From assembly GCA_031279835.1 (NCBI GenBank), contig JAITHV010000064.1:1-45740 (forward strand): a stretch of DNA of 45,740 bases, written 5' to 3'. Under the pieces are notes generated by a model, which was not told the DNA's origin, searched no databases, and was given only the letters and a program-made list of their open reading frames with translations. Origin of the DNA: Coriobacteriales bacterium. GTDB lineage: Bacteria; Actinomycetota; Coriobacteriia; Coriobacteriales; UBA8131. Positions 9,170 through 18,390 of the stretch are shown piece by piece. A program made the position numbers and the translations under genes. Numbering within the stretch: the stretch's first letter is position 1; each line of letters starts with the position of its first letter.

Positions 9170-10140
9170 GCTCTGGGGTGCGCCTTTTGGTAGGCGTCTT
9201 TGAGATGGGCAGGCGAGAGGTGCGTGTATATCTGCGTCGTTGAGAGCCGAGCGTGCCCGAGCAGCTCCTGCACGCTGCGAAGCGAGGCGCCGTTTTCGAG
9301 GAGGTCGGTGGCAAAAGTGTGACGCAGTGCGTGAGGCGACAACGCCAAGTCGCCCCCTGTCGTGCGAAGCCGACGCTTGAGCGCTGCCCGCATCGCAGAC
9401 GCGCTCATGGCCCTGCCAGAGCCCGTGAGAAACAGCGTCTGGAGCTGCTCGGGCCTCTCGGCTCCTCCCGCGCGGGCAGCTGCCTTGAGGCAAAAGACTG
9501 GCCGCGCCTCTTTTAGATAGCGCTTGAGCAAATCGAGTGCCATAGCATGCAGGGGGACGATGCGCTCCTTGGAGCCTTTGCCGAGCAGGCGCACTTGTCC
9601 CTGCTCATAATCCACGTCGCGCAAGGCGAGGGCGGCAACCTCCGACACGCGCGCGCCGCTCGCATAAAGCAGCTCGACCAGGCAACGGTCACGCAGCTCT
9701 GTAGGCGTCTCTGGAGCGGCGGGCACATCTGAGCTGACAACCGCCAACAAGCGCTCAAGCTCGTCATGGCTCACCAACGAAGGCAACGTGCGCAGGCGCT
9801 TTGGTCCCGACACGACAGTGGTGGGGTTAGAGGCGAGGTGCCCCCGCATGACAAGCCATCGATAGAAGGACTTAACCGCTGAGAGGCGTCGGTTGACGGT
9901 TGCCCGCGCATAGCGCGCTGAGTCGAGGTCGGCAAGGTAGCGCCGCATGACCCTATGGTCTGCCTTGTCCAAGGAAGCTCCAGCTCGCTCGAGCCAATCC
10001 AGGAACTGCGCAAGGTCAGACGCATAGGCCTTGACCGTGTGTTGTGAGAAGTTGCGTTCTATTGTCAAGGACGCAACGAAGGCGTCTGAAAAGGCTTTGG
10101 CCTGCTCGGCTCCTATGATGCCGTCGTCTGTGGCGCTCAT
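9166..10140 (-). CDS. xerC: Tyrosine recombinase XerC/XerD family
   Basis: N-terminal SAM-like core-binding domain and a C-terminal catalytic domain with ARVSE, HALRHTFATDLL, LLGH and TQIYTH. It sits downstream of trmFO, as codV/xerC does in Firmicutes. The XerC versus XerD assignment is not certain. Confidence 0.82.
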   Translation of the reverse strand: MSATDDGIIGAEQAKAFSDAFVASLTIERNFSQHTVKAYASDLAQFLDWLERAGASLDKADHRVMRRYLADLDSARYARATVNRRLSAVKSFYRWLVMRGHLASNPTTVVSGPKRLRTLPSLVSHDELERLLAVVSSDVPAAPETPTELRDRCLVELLYASGARVSEVAALALRDVDYEQGQVRLLGKGSKERIVPLHAMALDLLKRYLKEARPVFCLKAAARAGGAERPEQLQTLFLTGSGRAMSASAMRAALKRRLRTTGGDLALSPHALRHTFATDLLENGASLRSVQELLGHARLSTTQIYTHLSPAHLKDAYQKAHPRA

Positions 10141-11585
10141 GTAGTAGCGTCCTCAACATGCGGCAGGGCGTAAGGCGCACAGAAACAAAGGTCGCTGCGC
10201 TCGGCGACAAAGCACTTAAGCGCGGTGACGGCACGACACGCGTAGGACTCATAGCGCTGTTGCTTGCTCTTTTGCCGCTGCACCAAAGGCGGCATGATGC
10301 CATAGTTGACGTGCATCGGCTGATAGCCCTCAACCGACGGATTGGTAGCATAGGCGCTCAGCGCCCCAAAAACCGAGACGTCGGGAAGACGCACCAAGGG
10401 CGCCTTTATGATGAGCGCATAGACGTTGAGGGCTGCCAAGAGGCCAGAGGCGATTGCCTCCGCATAGCCCTCAGTGCCGGTTATCTGACCGGCAAAAAAC
10501 AAGCTCGGGCAGCTAGGAAGCTCAAAGTGCGGCCCGAGGACGTGGGGCGAGTCGATGAATGTGTTGCGATGCATGACGCCGAAGCGGACAAACTCAGCGT
10601 GGGCAAGGCCGGGAATAAGCCGAAACACGCGTTCCTGCGCCCCGAAGGTCAAGTTTGTCTGAAAGCCAACGAGGTTGTAGGCACTGCGCGCGCTGTTTTC
10701 TGCGCGAAGCTGCACCGCTGCCCAAGACCGGCGACCTGTCGCAGGGTCGCGCAGCCCCACAGGCTTGAGCGCACCGAAGCGCAAGGCGTCGATGCCGGCG
10801 CGCGCGACCTCTTCGACCGGCTGGCATGCCTGAAACAGCTCGCGGCGCTCGAAGTCACGTGAGATGGCCCGCTCGGCACCGACAAGCTCGCTCCAAAAAA
10901 GCTCATAGCCCTCTTTGTCGAAGGGCGCGTTCAGGTAGTCGGCGCCTGACTTGTCGTAGCGCGACTGGGCGAACACCTTGCGGTAGTCCAGGCTCTCTGC
11001 CTCCACAATAGGGGCAGCGGCGTCATAAAACGAGAGGAACCCTCGACCGACGAGACGGGCAAGGCTCTTTGCGAACGCGTCTGAAGTAAGCGGACCAGTC
11101 GCGACGACACAGGGCACTGAGGTGTTCTTGACAAGCTCTGCTACGTCTGACGCCTCTGCCCGGACTAGCTCGATTCGAGGGTGCTGCATGAGCGCTTCAG
11201 TCACCGTGCGAGAGAAGCGCGCACGGTCAACGGCCAGGGCCCCACCGGCAGCAACCCGTGCGTCAAGCGCACATCGCAGCACGAACGACCCAAGCAGTGC
11301 CAGCTCGGTCTTGAGGCAGCCTGCGGCTGAGCTGGGGTTGAGGGACTTCAGGGAGTTCGAGCACACGAGTTCGGCGCATTCGGCAGTGCGATGCGCTGGC
11401 GTCATAAGGTCAGGGCGCATCTCGACAATTCGCACCCTGACGCCTCGTTCAGCCAGCTGCCATGCGGCCTCGCTCCCCGCAAGCCCAGCCCCGACGACCA
11501 GAGCTGAGAGGCCATGGCCGCGTTGCGCCCAATCGGCGCCAAACGACGAAACAGTGGTATCCATGCTCCTATTGTACGCCATCAC
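10137..11585 (-). CDS. trmFO: Methylenetetrahydrofolate-tRNA-(uracil-5)-methyltransferase TrmFO
   Basis: FAD fold VVGAGLAGSEAAWQLAERG, a GidA-like core and TrmFO-typical length. It has 4-nt overlaps with dprA and xerC. The exact start is ambiguous (GTG 11585, ATG 11582 or ATG 11564). Confidence 0.9.
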   Translation of the reverse strand: MMAYNRSMDTTVSSFGADWAQRGHGLSALVVGAGLAGSEAAWQLAERGVRVRIVEMRPDLMTPAHRTAECAELVCSNSLKSLNPSSAAGCLKTELALLGSFVLRCALDARVAAGGALAVDRARFSRTVTEALMQHPRIELVRAEASDVAELVKNTSVPCVVATGPLTSDAFAKSLARLVGRGFLSFYDAAAPIVEAESLDYRKVFAQSRYDKSGADYLNAPFDKEGYELFWSELVGAERAISRDFERRELFQACQPVEEVARAGIDALRFGALKPVGLRDPATGRRSWAAVQLRAENSARSAYNLVGFQTNLTFGAQERVFRLIPGLAHAEFVRFGVMHRNTFIDSPHVLGPHFELPSCPSLFFAGQITGTEGYAEAIASGLLAALNVYALIIKAPLVRLPDVSVFGALSAYATNPSVEGYQPMHVNYGIMPPLVQRQKSKQQRYESYACRAVTALKCFVAERSDLCFCAPYALPHVEDATT

Positions 11586-12553
11586 TGCGCTCGTGCCGCG
11601 TAGCGTCCGTCACGTAGTCGCGTGACCCTTCCCTCGATCTCAAGTGACGAGAGCATGCGTATGACCTGCAGTAGGTCGATCCCCAAGGCCCCTGCCAGCT
11701 CCTCGGCGCGCACAGGGCATGCCCTGCACGCCTCGACAAGGGGACTGGTGCCACTTTGTGCGTCCAGCTCAGGTTCAACAGACGTCAAGGCGACAGCAGC
11801 CAAAGGCCGCATCTGCTTGCCATACGTCGCGATCAACGCGTCGTCGAAGCTCTCGTAGTCCACAATGGGGATCGCGCCCTGGACGAGGAGCCGGTTTGAG
11901 CCGCGTGACTCCCGCGAGTCGATGGAACCCGGCACGACGAAGACGTCCTTGCCTTGCTCGAGCGTTGCATCAGCTGTCGAGAAGGTTCCGCTCGGTAGGC
12001 CTGCCTCAACAATGAGAGTGGCCCAGCCTAGCCCCGCAATGATGCGGTTTCTGTTCTTGAAGCCCCATCGCGTGGGCGGCGAGCCCCAGGGAGCCTCTGA
12101 CACGAGCGCCCCGCCTGTTGCGAGCACCTCGTCGAAGAGCGGCTTTGCGCGCGATGGGTACACGACGTCGGCGCCGCAGCCCAAGACCACGACCGTCTTG
12201 CCGTGCGCACTGAGCGCTGCACGGTGTGCCGCCTGGTCACAGCCAATGGCGCCGCCAGACACAACAACGACGCCCGCCAAAGCAGCGCGACGCGCGAAGC
12301 GCTCCGCGCAGCTTTGGCCATAGGGAGTCGCCTTGCGAGCTCCCACCACGGCCAGCATCGGCTCTGCGAGCAGGTCTGCGTTGCCTATGATGTTGAGCCG
12401 CTTGACTGGCTGAGACAGCATGCTCAGTCCTTCGGGAAACAAGGGGTGACTGCTTGCCCACTCATGGCGCGGGCTCGGGCAGGCTGCCTCGCGCTGCGCG
12501 GGAAGTCCGCCTGATGCCGCTGGTGAAGCTGCGACGAGCCCCAGGCGGCTCAT
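11582..12553 (-). CDS. dprA: DNA-processing protein DprA (Smf)
   Basis: DprA Rossmann region VVSGGAIGCDQAAHRAAL ... GSPPTRWGFKNRNRIIAGL, plus a C-terminal winged-helix-like tail. Confidence 0.9.
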   Translation of the reverse strand: MSRLGLVAASPAASGGLPAQREAACPSPRHEWASSHPLFPEGLSMLSQPVKRLNIIGNADLLAEPMLAVVGARKATPYGQSCAERFARRAALAGVVVVSGGAIGCDQAAHRAALSAHGKTVVVLGCGADVVYPSRAKPLFDEVLATGGALVSEAPWGSPPTRWGFKNRNRIIAGLGWATLIVEAGLPSGTFSTADATLEQGKDVFVVPGSIDSRESRGSNRLLVQGAIPIVDYESFDDALIATYGKQMRPLAAVALTSVEPELDAQSGTSPLVEACRACPVRAEELAGALGIDLLQVIRMLSSLEIEGRVTRLRDGRYAARAQ

Positions 12554-14145
12554 TGCTCTTCCTCGGTGTCTGCCCGAAACGTCACAGCCTCAAGCAAGTG
12601 CTCGACCGAGACCTTCTCCTGCTGCTCGATGTCGGCGATAGTGCGGGCCACGGCGAGCGCGCGCATGATTCCCCTGCCGCTGAGGTGATAGTGACGGGCG
12701 GCGTCCTCAAGAAAACCTTGCTCACTGCCGCCAAGCCCGCAGGAGGCGATGAGCCTCATGCCTTTTCCGCTTGCGGGCGATGACAACCACTCGGGCGCGA
12801 CTGCGCATTCCCGAGTCACGCCTGGCGTCGGCGCTGCCGCTCCTTCTTGACACATGCCCGTCGCGGCCAGGCCTTTTTGCTCGCGCAAGGCCTTGAAGGC
12901 GCGCGCGTTCAAGACGCCGTCAAGCAGTGAGGCGGAGCTCGTGCCATGCCCCGTCCGAAGCACTTGGGACGGGTCGGAGCGCCACACTTTGACTACCAGG
13001 TCAAACCGGTCCATGAGCGGGCCGCCAATTCGGCTTTGGTAATTCACGATCTGCGCAGGCGTGCAGCGACAAGCGCGCTGGCTGTCGCCGTAATACCCGC
13101 AAGGACAGGGGTTCGCGGCGCCGATCAGCAAGAACCTGGCAGGGAACACCGTCGTGCCACGGGCTCGCGCGAGCGAGACAGTGCCGGTCTCAATCGGCTG
13201 GCGGAGCATTTGAAGTACCACGGAGCCAAACTCGGGCATCTCGTCCAAGAACAACACGCCGTTGTGGGCCAAAGAGACCTCACCGGGCTGCGGGGGCGAG
13301 CCGCCGCCAAGGATTCCCGCCCGTGAGGCGCTGTGATGGGGGGCCCTGAACGGCTGGTAGCCGGCAAGCAGCGCATCAAAGGGCAGTCCGGCAACCGAGT
13401 GGATCATCGCGCTCTCGATTCGTTCGCCCTCGCTGAGCTGGGGCAAGATAGTGGGCAGACGCGCCGCCATCATCGACTTTCCCGAACCTGGCGGGCCGAT
13501 GAGCAGGATGCCGTGCGAGCCGGCGGCGGCGATCTGCAACGCGCGCTTTGCCAAGTCGTTACCGTCTATTTCGCAGAAGTCCCTGTCGGCCGTGACCTCT
13601 TTGTCCGTGCGGTCTTTTGGCGTGGTGAAGTGCCCGTCATGAAGGTCCTCCAGGCTTGTCAAGCAGGCATGCCGCTGCTGCTCGACCGAGTACACCCCGC
13701 GCTCGACGAGGCCGGTGAGCAGCACAAGCCCTGAGTCATGTGCGAGCTTCTCGAAAGCCAGCAGGCCTTTGACCGCTCGCACCGACCCATCCAAAGAGAG
13801 CTCGCCGACACACAGACGCCCCTCGACGAGTACTGGCGCAATCTGGCCAGTCGCCACCAGAAAGCCGAGCGCGATAGGAAGGTCAAAGCCTGAGCCAGAC
13901 TTTCGCAGCGAGCTTGGCGCCAGGTTGACCACGGCATGAACGTTGGGAACTTTGTATCCTGCTGCCAGCAAAGCAAGGCGAACCCGCAGCCGCGCCTCTT
14001 GGACTGCTATATCAGGCATGCCCACTATCGATATGCCGGGCAGGCCTTGTCCTATGCTGACCTCCACCGTCACCGGCACCGCCTCGACGCCTTGTATGGT
14101 CGCTGTTTGCACACAGCCCATATGCCCGTTGCGCCATAGCGACAT
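12550..14145 (-). CDS. comM: Mg-chelatase-like AAA+ ATPase YifB/ComM
   Basis: N-terminal Lon-like domain (GLPGISIVGMPDIAVQEARLRV), Walker A LLIGPPGSGKSMMA and Walker B GVLFLDEMPEF. Confidence 0.92.
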   Translation of the reverse strand: MSLWRNGHMGCVQTATIQGVEAVPVTVEVSIGQGLPGISIVGMPDIAVQEARLRVRLALLAAGYKVPNVHAVVNLAPSSLRKSGSGFDLPIALGFLVATGQIAPVLVEGRLCVGELSLDGSVRAVKGLLAFEKLAHDSGLVLLTGLVERGVYSVEQQRHACLTSLEDLHDGHFTTPKDRTDKEVTADRDFCEIDGNDLAKRALQIAAAGSHGILLIGPPGSGKSMMAARLPTILPQLSEGERIESAMIHSVAGLPFDALLAGYQPFRAPHHSASRAGILGGGSPPQPGEVSLAHNGVLFLDEMPEFGSVVLQMLRQPIETGTVSLARARGTTVFPARFLLIGAANPCPCGYYGDSQRACRCTPAQIVNYQSRIGGPLMDRFDLVVKVWRSDPSQVLRTGHGTSSASLLDGVLNARAFKALREQKGLAATGMCQEGAAAPTPGVTRECAVAPEWLSSPASGKGMRLIASCGLGGSEQGFLEDAARHYHLSGRGIMRALAVARTIADIEQQEKVSVEHLLEAVTFRADTEEEQ

Positions 14146-14576
14146 TATTGTCCTTCGCTGAAGGCGTCACGATGATGGCGCAAAAACGCGCGCGCGTCTC
14201 CGATGAGCACCACGGATATCACGTCAAAGCGCACGCGTGAGCTGGGATGAGCGCCTTGTGCAAGGTAGTGCATGGCGATGTTTTCGTACTTTGCGCGCTT
14301 TTCGCGGGTCACCGAGTCCTCGGGAAGCCCACCATTGAGCGAGGCCCGGGTCTTGACCTCGATAAACACGATGTCGTCATCCTCAACAGCAATGATGTCA
14401 GCCTCTCCCGCCCTGCAGCGCCAGTTTCGCGCGAGCACCCCTATGCCGTGGCTCGCGAGGTACGTGCAGGCGACTTCTTCGCCTTTGCGTCCCAGCTCCT
14501 TGGGCATTCTCTTGCTGCTGCGCCTGCGGCCTTCTGTTGACTTGCGCCCTGTTGGGGACTTTGGCGTCGCTTCCAT
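14145..14576 (-). CDS. yraN: YraN family (UPF0102) endonuclease-like protein
   Basis: Core motif GEADIIAVEDDDIVFIEVKTR. The ATG at 14576 has GGGAG 5 nt upstream, and the ORF is open to a GTG at 14582. The stop overlaps the comM ATG (TAATG). Confidence 0.8.
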   Translation of the reverse strand: MEATPKSPTGRKSTEGRRRSSKRMPKELGRKGEEVACTYLASHGIGVLARNWRCRAGEADIIAVEDDDIVFIEVKTRASLNGGLPEDSVTREKRAKYENIAMHYLAQGAHPSSRVRFDVISVVLIGDARAFLRHHRDAFSEGQ

Positions 14577-14774
14577 GCGCACTCCCTTCTCATAACCTGC
14601 TCATTTTGCTTGTGCATGAGATAGTGAGGCATGTGCCTATACAAGACTTGTATCGCACCTGTACCGCCTATGTACCGTGGCTGTACCTGCGGTGAGTCAT
14701 TGCTAAAGCAAGTATACATTGTTACTATTAATATTTATAATACTATGTATTATTTTTTGTATATTTATGTTGTT

Positions 14775-15407
14775 TTACGAAACAACATCGAACAGGCGCT
14801 CCTGTAGAATGCCCGTGCAAAAGCTCTTGCGATGGAGCTTCGTAAGGCCGTACGAGCGTATTGCGTCTTGGTGCTCGGCAGTCGCGTATCCCTTGTTTCG
14901 CACAAAGCCGTATTCAGGATAGTGGGCGTCGAGCTTGACCATGATCGCGTCACGCGTTACTTTTGCGATGATGGAGGCAGCTGCGATGCACGCCACCGTC
15001 GCGTCGCCTTTGACGACGCAATGCTCTTGAGGGTGAATGTGGACGGGGTTTCCGTCGATAAGCAGCAGGTCAGGCGCACAGTCCGTGGCCTCAAGCGCCT
15101 CGAGCATCGCAAGGCGCAACGCGCGCGCCATACCCATACGATCGATACGGGCAGGGGCAACGTGGGCAACCCCCCAGGCGATCGCAGCATCCTTGATGCA
15201 TACGGCAAGCTCATCCCTACGCCGAGGCGAGAGCTTCTTTGAGTCGTCAAGGCCCTCCACCATTGGCGCCAGGGGCAAGGCGATTGCTGCGACCGTAAGC
15301 GGACCGGCCACAGCCCCCCTCCCCACTTCGTCGATGCCGATCACACAAGAGCCTGCTGGCTGCTCGCTTTGGAGCCGGTAGAGGGCTCTTGTGTGCTCGT
15401 CAGGCAT
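14775..15407 (-). CDS. rnhB: Ribonuclease HII
   Basis: Motifs IGIDEVGRGAVAGPL and DDSKKL. The ATG at 15407 was chosen because the longer ORF would overlap rplS. Confidence 0.9.
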   Translation of the reverse strand: MPDEHTRALYRLQSEQPAGSCVIGIDEVGRGAVAGPLTVAAIALPLAPMVEGLDDSKKLSPRRRDELAVCIKDAAIAWGVAHVAPARIDRMGMARALRLAMLEALEATDCAPDLLLIDGNPVHIHPQEHCVVKGDATVACIAAASIIAKVTRDAIMVKLDAHYPEYGFVRNKGYATAEHQDAIRSYGLTKLHRKSFCTGILQERLFDVVS

Positions 15408-15453
15408 GTTACGGTCTTTACTCGTGGGACCGCAATGTGGCTTGCAGCGCGGC

Positions 15454-15798
15454 CTAGAAGCCCTTCTCACGAATACGCGCCGCCTTGCCGATCTTTTTGC
15501 GTAGGTAGTAAAGTTTTGCGCGTCGAACGGCCCCATGGCGCACAAGCTCGATCTTGTCTATCTTGGGAGAATGTACCGGAAACGTGCGCTCAACCCCAAT
15601 GCCAAACGATATCTTGCGAACCGTGAAGGTCTCACGGCACGACGCGCCATGTCGACGGATGACATCGCCTTGAAACACCTGTATGCGCTCGCGGTTGCCT
15701 TCAGTGATGCGGTAGTGCACTTTTACGTTGTCGCCCACAAAAAACTCAGGTATGTCCTCTTTAATGGCTTTTTGCTCTAGAGAACGGATGATGTCCAT
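15454..15798 (-). CDS. rplS: 50S ribosomal protein L19
   Basis: 114 aa, MDIIRSLEQ ... [23 protein letters not shown] ... SP.I, a typical L19 sequence. Confidence 0.95.
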   Translation of the reverse strand: MDIIRSLEQKAIKEDIPEFFVGDNVKVHYRITEGNRERIQVFQGDVIRRHGASCRETFTVRKISFGIGVERTFPVHSPKIDKIELVRHGAVRRAKLYYLRKKIGKAARIREKGF

Positions 15799-15862
15799 GA
15801 TTGCCTGTTCCTTATCTATCTGAGGGGACCGGTGCCTCTCACCGGAAATTGCATGAAAGCGA

Positions 15863-15892
15863 ATTATAGGATATATGCCGCTTCACATGCAA
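15863..15892 (-). promoter_or_regulatory. Putative rplS promoter followed by a leader hairpin
   Basis: On the minus strand, TTGCAT (15892-15887), an 18-nt spacer, then TATAAT (15868-15863). The leader contains the hairpin CCGGTG-agagg-CACCGG about 20-40 nt before the start codon. Confidence 0.45.
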
Positions 15893-15963
15893 ATCGCCGT
15901 CGTTCTTTCTGTGTTCTTTCTGCGACTTGCACCGCTGGTTGCAATGGCATAGAGGCTCTTCGC

Positions 15964-16764
15964 TCATATATGCAAGTCCTTTTTGCTGAAAACCACGATT
16001 GCCGCAACAAACAGCGCGCAGGCCCCGACAAACAAAACGACGATTCCAGCAATGGCGGCCGTTTCGCCTGCGATAAGCCCATCAGGGTCGAACAATGTGA
16101 AAAAGGTCGCGTACCGTGCGTTTTCGACGCTACCACCTATGTTGGCGAGCATTTGAATGACATACATGAGTGCAGGGACACCCGCTCCAATGCCAACGCT
16201 GTACTTTGCGTCGTTAAAAACACACGAGGCAAGGAAGCAGATGCCACCAATAAAAAGCTGCAGGCAGAGGAGGCCGACATTGAGCAGCAGGATGCTTCCG
16301 ATTTCCAACTCACCGGGAAAAACAACCTCGGAACAAACAATTTCTAGTAGCGTAATATACGACACAAGCAGAAACAACCCACTTGCGAGGGCTTTCATCT
16401 GCGTAAACGCTATGGCTCGGCGCTTTATTGGCGCAGAGACAAGCGCGACAATGCTTCCTCGATCAACGTATTTGCCGATAAGCCCATGTGCCCGCAAAAC
16501 AACATATACCATCGGGAACAACAACAACAGCATGCCGTACAGATACGACGACATGAATCCAATGAGTGTAGTCACTGTGCCGGACATTCCGACCGCCGTC
16601 ATTACCCCAGGCATTATCTCGGAAAACTGGTTTAGTATGCTCGCCATTTCGGGGTCAAACATCTGCACAATCATCGTGATGTAGATGGTTAATACTCCCG
16701 CAAAGATAACGAGTGTCAGAATGCTCTTTTTCATCTCGCGCTTATACAGTGTGAAGTTGAACAT
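15964..16764 (-). CDS. ABC-2 type transporter permease
   Basis: 266-aa polytopic membrane protein with about 6 hydrophobic segments. It overlaps the upstream ABC ATPase gene by 1 nt. G+C is lower than in the flanks. Confidence 0.8.
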   Translation of the reverse strand: MFNFTLYKREMKKSILTLVIFAGVLTIYITMIVQMFDPEMASILNQFSEIMPGVMTAVGMSGTVTTLIGFMSSYLYGMLLLLFPMVYVVLRAHGLIGKYVDRGSIVALVSAPIKRRAIAFTQMKALASGLFLLVSYITLLEIVCSEVVFPGELEIGSILLLNVGLLCLQLFIGGICFLASCVFNDAKYSVGIGAGVPALMYVIQMLANIGGSVENARYATFFTLFDPDGLIAGETAAIAGIVVLFVGACALFVAAIVVFSKKDLHI

Positions 16765-17582
16765 TACCTGTCACCTCCGCTAACATCATAATAATCCAAA
16801 AAAATCTGCTCAAGCGTCTGCCTCGTGCTTACGGTGACCGCCACACCGTCTTGCCTGCCGTCAAAGTCCTTGGCAAACGCGCTCGCAGTCTGCTCGTCGT
16901 CAAGCCTGACCGTGTAGGGACGAACGTGCTTGTCTCGCAGGGCATCCGTTGTGTCCAGCGCGACAAGCCTTCCTGCGCGGATAATGCCGATGCGGTGGCA
17001 CGTGCGCTCCACTTCGTCGAACATATGGCTCGACATCAGTATCGTCTTGCCGCGTTTTTTCTCCTCCGTCACAAGGTCGATAAAGCGGCATTGCATCAGG
17101 GGGTCAAGCCCGCTTGTTGGCTCGTCAAGAAGCAGTACTTCCGGGTCGTGCATAAATGCGGCGACAATGCCGATTTTCTGCTTCATCCCCTTGCTCATTT
17201 TCTTGATTTTGCCTTTGGGCGACAGGTCAAAACGGTCGAGCATTTCTTTTTCGCGAGCATTGCCCGTCCCACGGTACTTGGCGGTGAACCTGAGGAACTC
17301 TGCGCTGCTCATATCGTCAAAGAATGCGATTTCACCGGGGATGTAGCCCAGCTGTTTTTGAATAATGTCACGCTCGCGCCAGCAGTCTCGTCCGTCAATG
17401 GTAACCGTGCCGACTTTTGGCTTTATGAAACCCATGAGATGCCGAATCGTTGTTGTTTTTCCCGCACCGTTAGGCCCCAGAAAACCGAATGCCTCACTCT
17501 TGCCAACAGTGAGCGACAGGTCGAACACGCCTCGGTTTTCGCCGTAGTCTCGGGTCAGGTTGCTGATCACTATAGCGCTCAT
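16764..17582 (-). CDS. ABC transporter ATP-binding protein (efflux type)
   Basis: Walker A GPNGAGKTT, signature MSKGMKQK, Walker B LLLDEPTSGLD and H-loop SSH. Confidence 0.93.
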   Translation of the reverse strand: MSAIVISNLTRDYGENRGVFDLSLTVGKSEAFGFLGPNGAGKTTTIRHLMGFIKPKVGTVTIDGRDCWRERDIIQKQLGYIPGEIAFFDDMSSAEFLRFTAKYRGTGNAREKEMLDRFDLSPKGKIKKMSKGMKQKIGIVAAFMHDPEVLLLDEPTSGLDPLMQCRFIDLVTEEKKRGKTILMSSHMFDEVERTCHRIGIIRAGRLVALDTTDALRDKHVRPYTVRLDDEQTASAFAKDFDGRQDGVAVTVSTRQTLEQIFLDYYDVSGGDR

Positions 17583-18202
17583 AGATACTCCTCCTTATAC
17601 AGTGCCTGTTTCAGCAAGCGCAAGTGCTTATCCATTTTTTCTACAAGCTCGTCGCGTGGCTTGTCTATGTAATCACGCAAATAGCCATTTGACAGTGCTG
17701 AGACCATTTCTACTGCATCGTTCTTGTCAACCTCTGGCTTAAATCGTGACCAGTCGACATGCGCAAACAGCTTTTTAGTTCCGTCGGCTATTGCCTGGGC
17801 GTTCTCTTGCTTTAGCATCTCGATCGTTTCTGAATCGCCCGATTTGACCAGAGAAAACAAGAACTCGTACATGCCGGGGTGCTGCTGCATAACCGCCAAC
17901 TTGATTTTCGAGCCGATTGATATGCACTCAAAAAAATCATCAGTGCCTTCAGGTATCTGACCCGCTATCTTGTCACAAGCGAAGCTGAAGAGGTAAAGGT
18001 ACATCTCGCGCTTGCTGCCAAAGTAGTGGAAAAGCGAGGGCTTTGACACGTTCGCCGCTGCCGCGATTTCGCTCATCGCCGTTTTTCTGTACCCATCCTC
18101 GGCAAAGCATCGAAACCCTGCCGTCAAGACGGCTTGCTGTTTTTCCTTGGGCGCTTTGTCAAAGTTTTCGAAACCACGTATTGTGATCACCTCCTGTACC
18201 AA
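17579..18202 (-). CDS. TetR/AcrR family transcriptional regulator
   Basis: N-terminal HTH region FAEDGYRKTAMSEIAAAANVSKPSLFHYFGSKREMY. It overlaps the ABC ATPase gene by 4 nt. Confidence 0.88.
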   Translation of the reverse strand: MVQEVITIRGFENFDKAPKEKQQAVLTAGFRCFAEDGYRKTAMSEIAAAANVSKPSLFHYFGSKREMYLYLFSFACDKIAGQIPEGTDDFFECISIGSKIKLAVMQQHPGMYEFLFSLVKSGDSETIEMLKQENAQAIADGTKKLFAHVDWSRFKPEVDKNDAVEMVSALSNGYLRDYIDKPRDELVEKMDKHLRLLKQALYKEEYL

Positions 18203-18244
18203 TAACCGCAGCGGTCATTGACCTCTACGGTTAATACTTCATCA

Positions 18245-18267
18245 CTATTGACCGGAAAAGTCAATAG
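18245..18267. promoter_or_regulatory. Candidate TetR operator (inverted repeat)
   Basis: CTATTGAC-N7-GTCAATAG is a perfect 8-bp inverted repeat 43 nt upstream of the TetR start. A third half-site-like copy, CATTGACC, lies at 18216-18223. Confidence 0.4.
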
Positions 18268-18320
18268 GTTTTTTATCGTGTTGATACGTTTGTGCGTCGC
18301 CACTCGGTCAAAGCCAGTAA

Positions 18321-18365
18321 TACAAAAGGCCATGAGAACGTCCACTTGTGAACGTGCTCATGGCC
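18321..18365 (-). terminator. Rho-independent terminator downstream of the first lectin-like gene
   Basis: On the minus strand, GGCCATGAG ... CTCATGGCC (18365-18328) forms a 9-bp stem and is followed by TTTTGTATT. Confidence 0.55.
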
Positions 18366-18390
18366 GATTCTGGCGAGTGGGCATGCAAGC

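Noticed and set aside
9166-10140. Tyrosine recombinase as a marker of an integrated mobile element.
   Set aside because: It sits in the conserved trmFO-xerC housekeeping context with 4-nt translational coupling and native composition. No att-like repeats, phage genes or transposon genes are nearby.
14769-14786. Hairpin GTTGTTT-tacg-AAACAAC enclosing the rnhB stop codon, considered as a terminator.
   Set aside because: On the transcribed (minus) strand it is followed by an A-rich rather than U-rich tract, and the stem is 7 bp of mostly A-T pairs. It is not a convincing intrinsic terminator.
14719-14922. 67-aa ORF starting with a very hydrophobic peptide (MLLLIFIILCIIFCIFMLFY), a possible type I toxin-like small protein.
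   Set aside because: The hydrophobic start is what translation of an almost pure A+T stretch produces. It uses a TTG start with no RBS, and the rest of the ORF runs antisense through rnhB.
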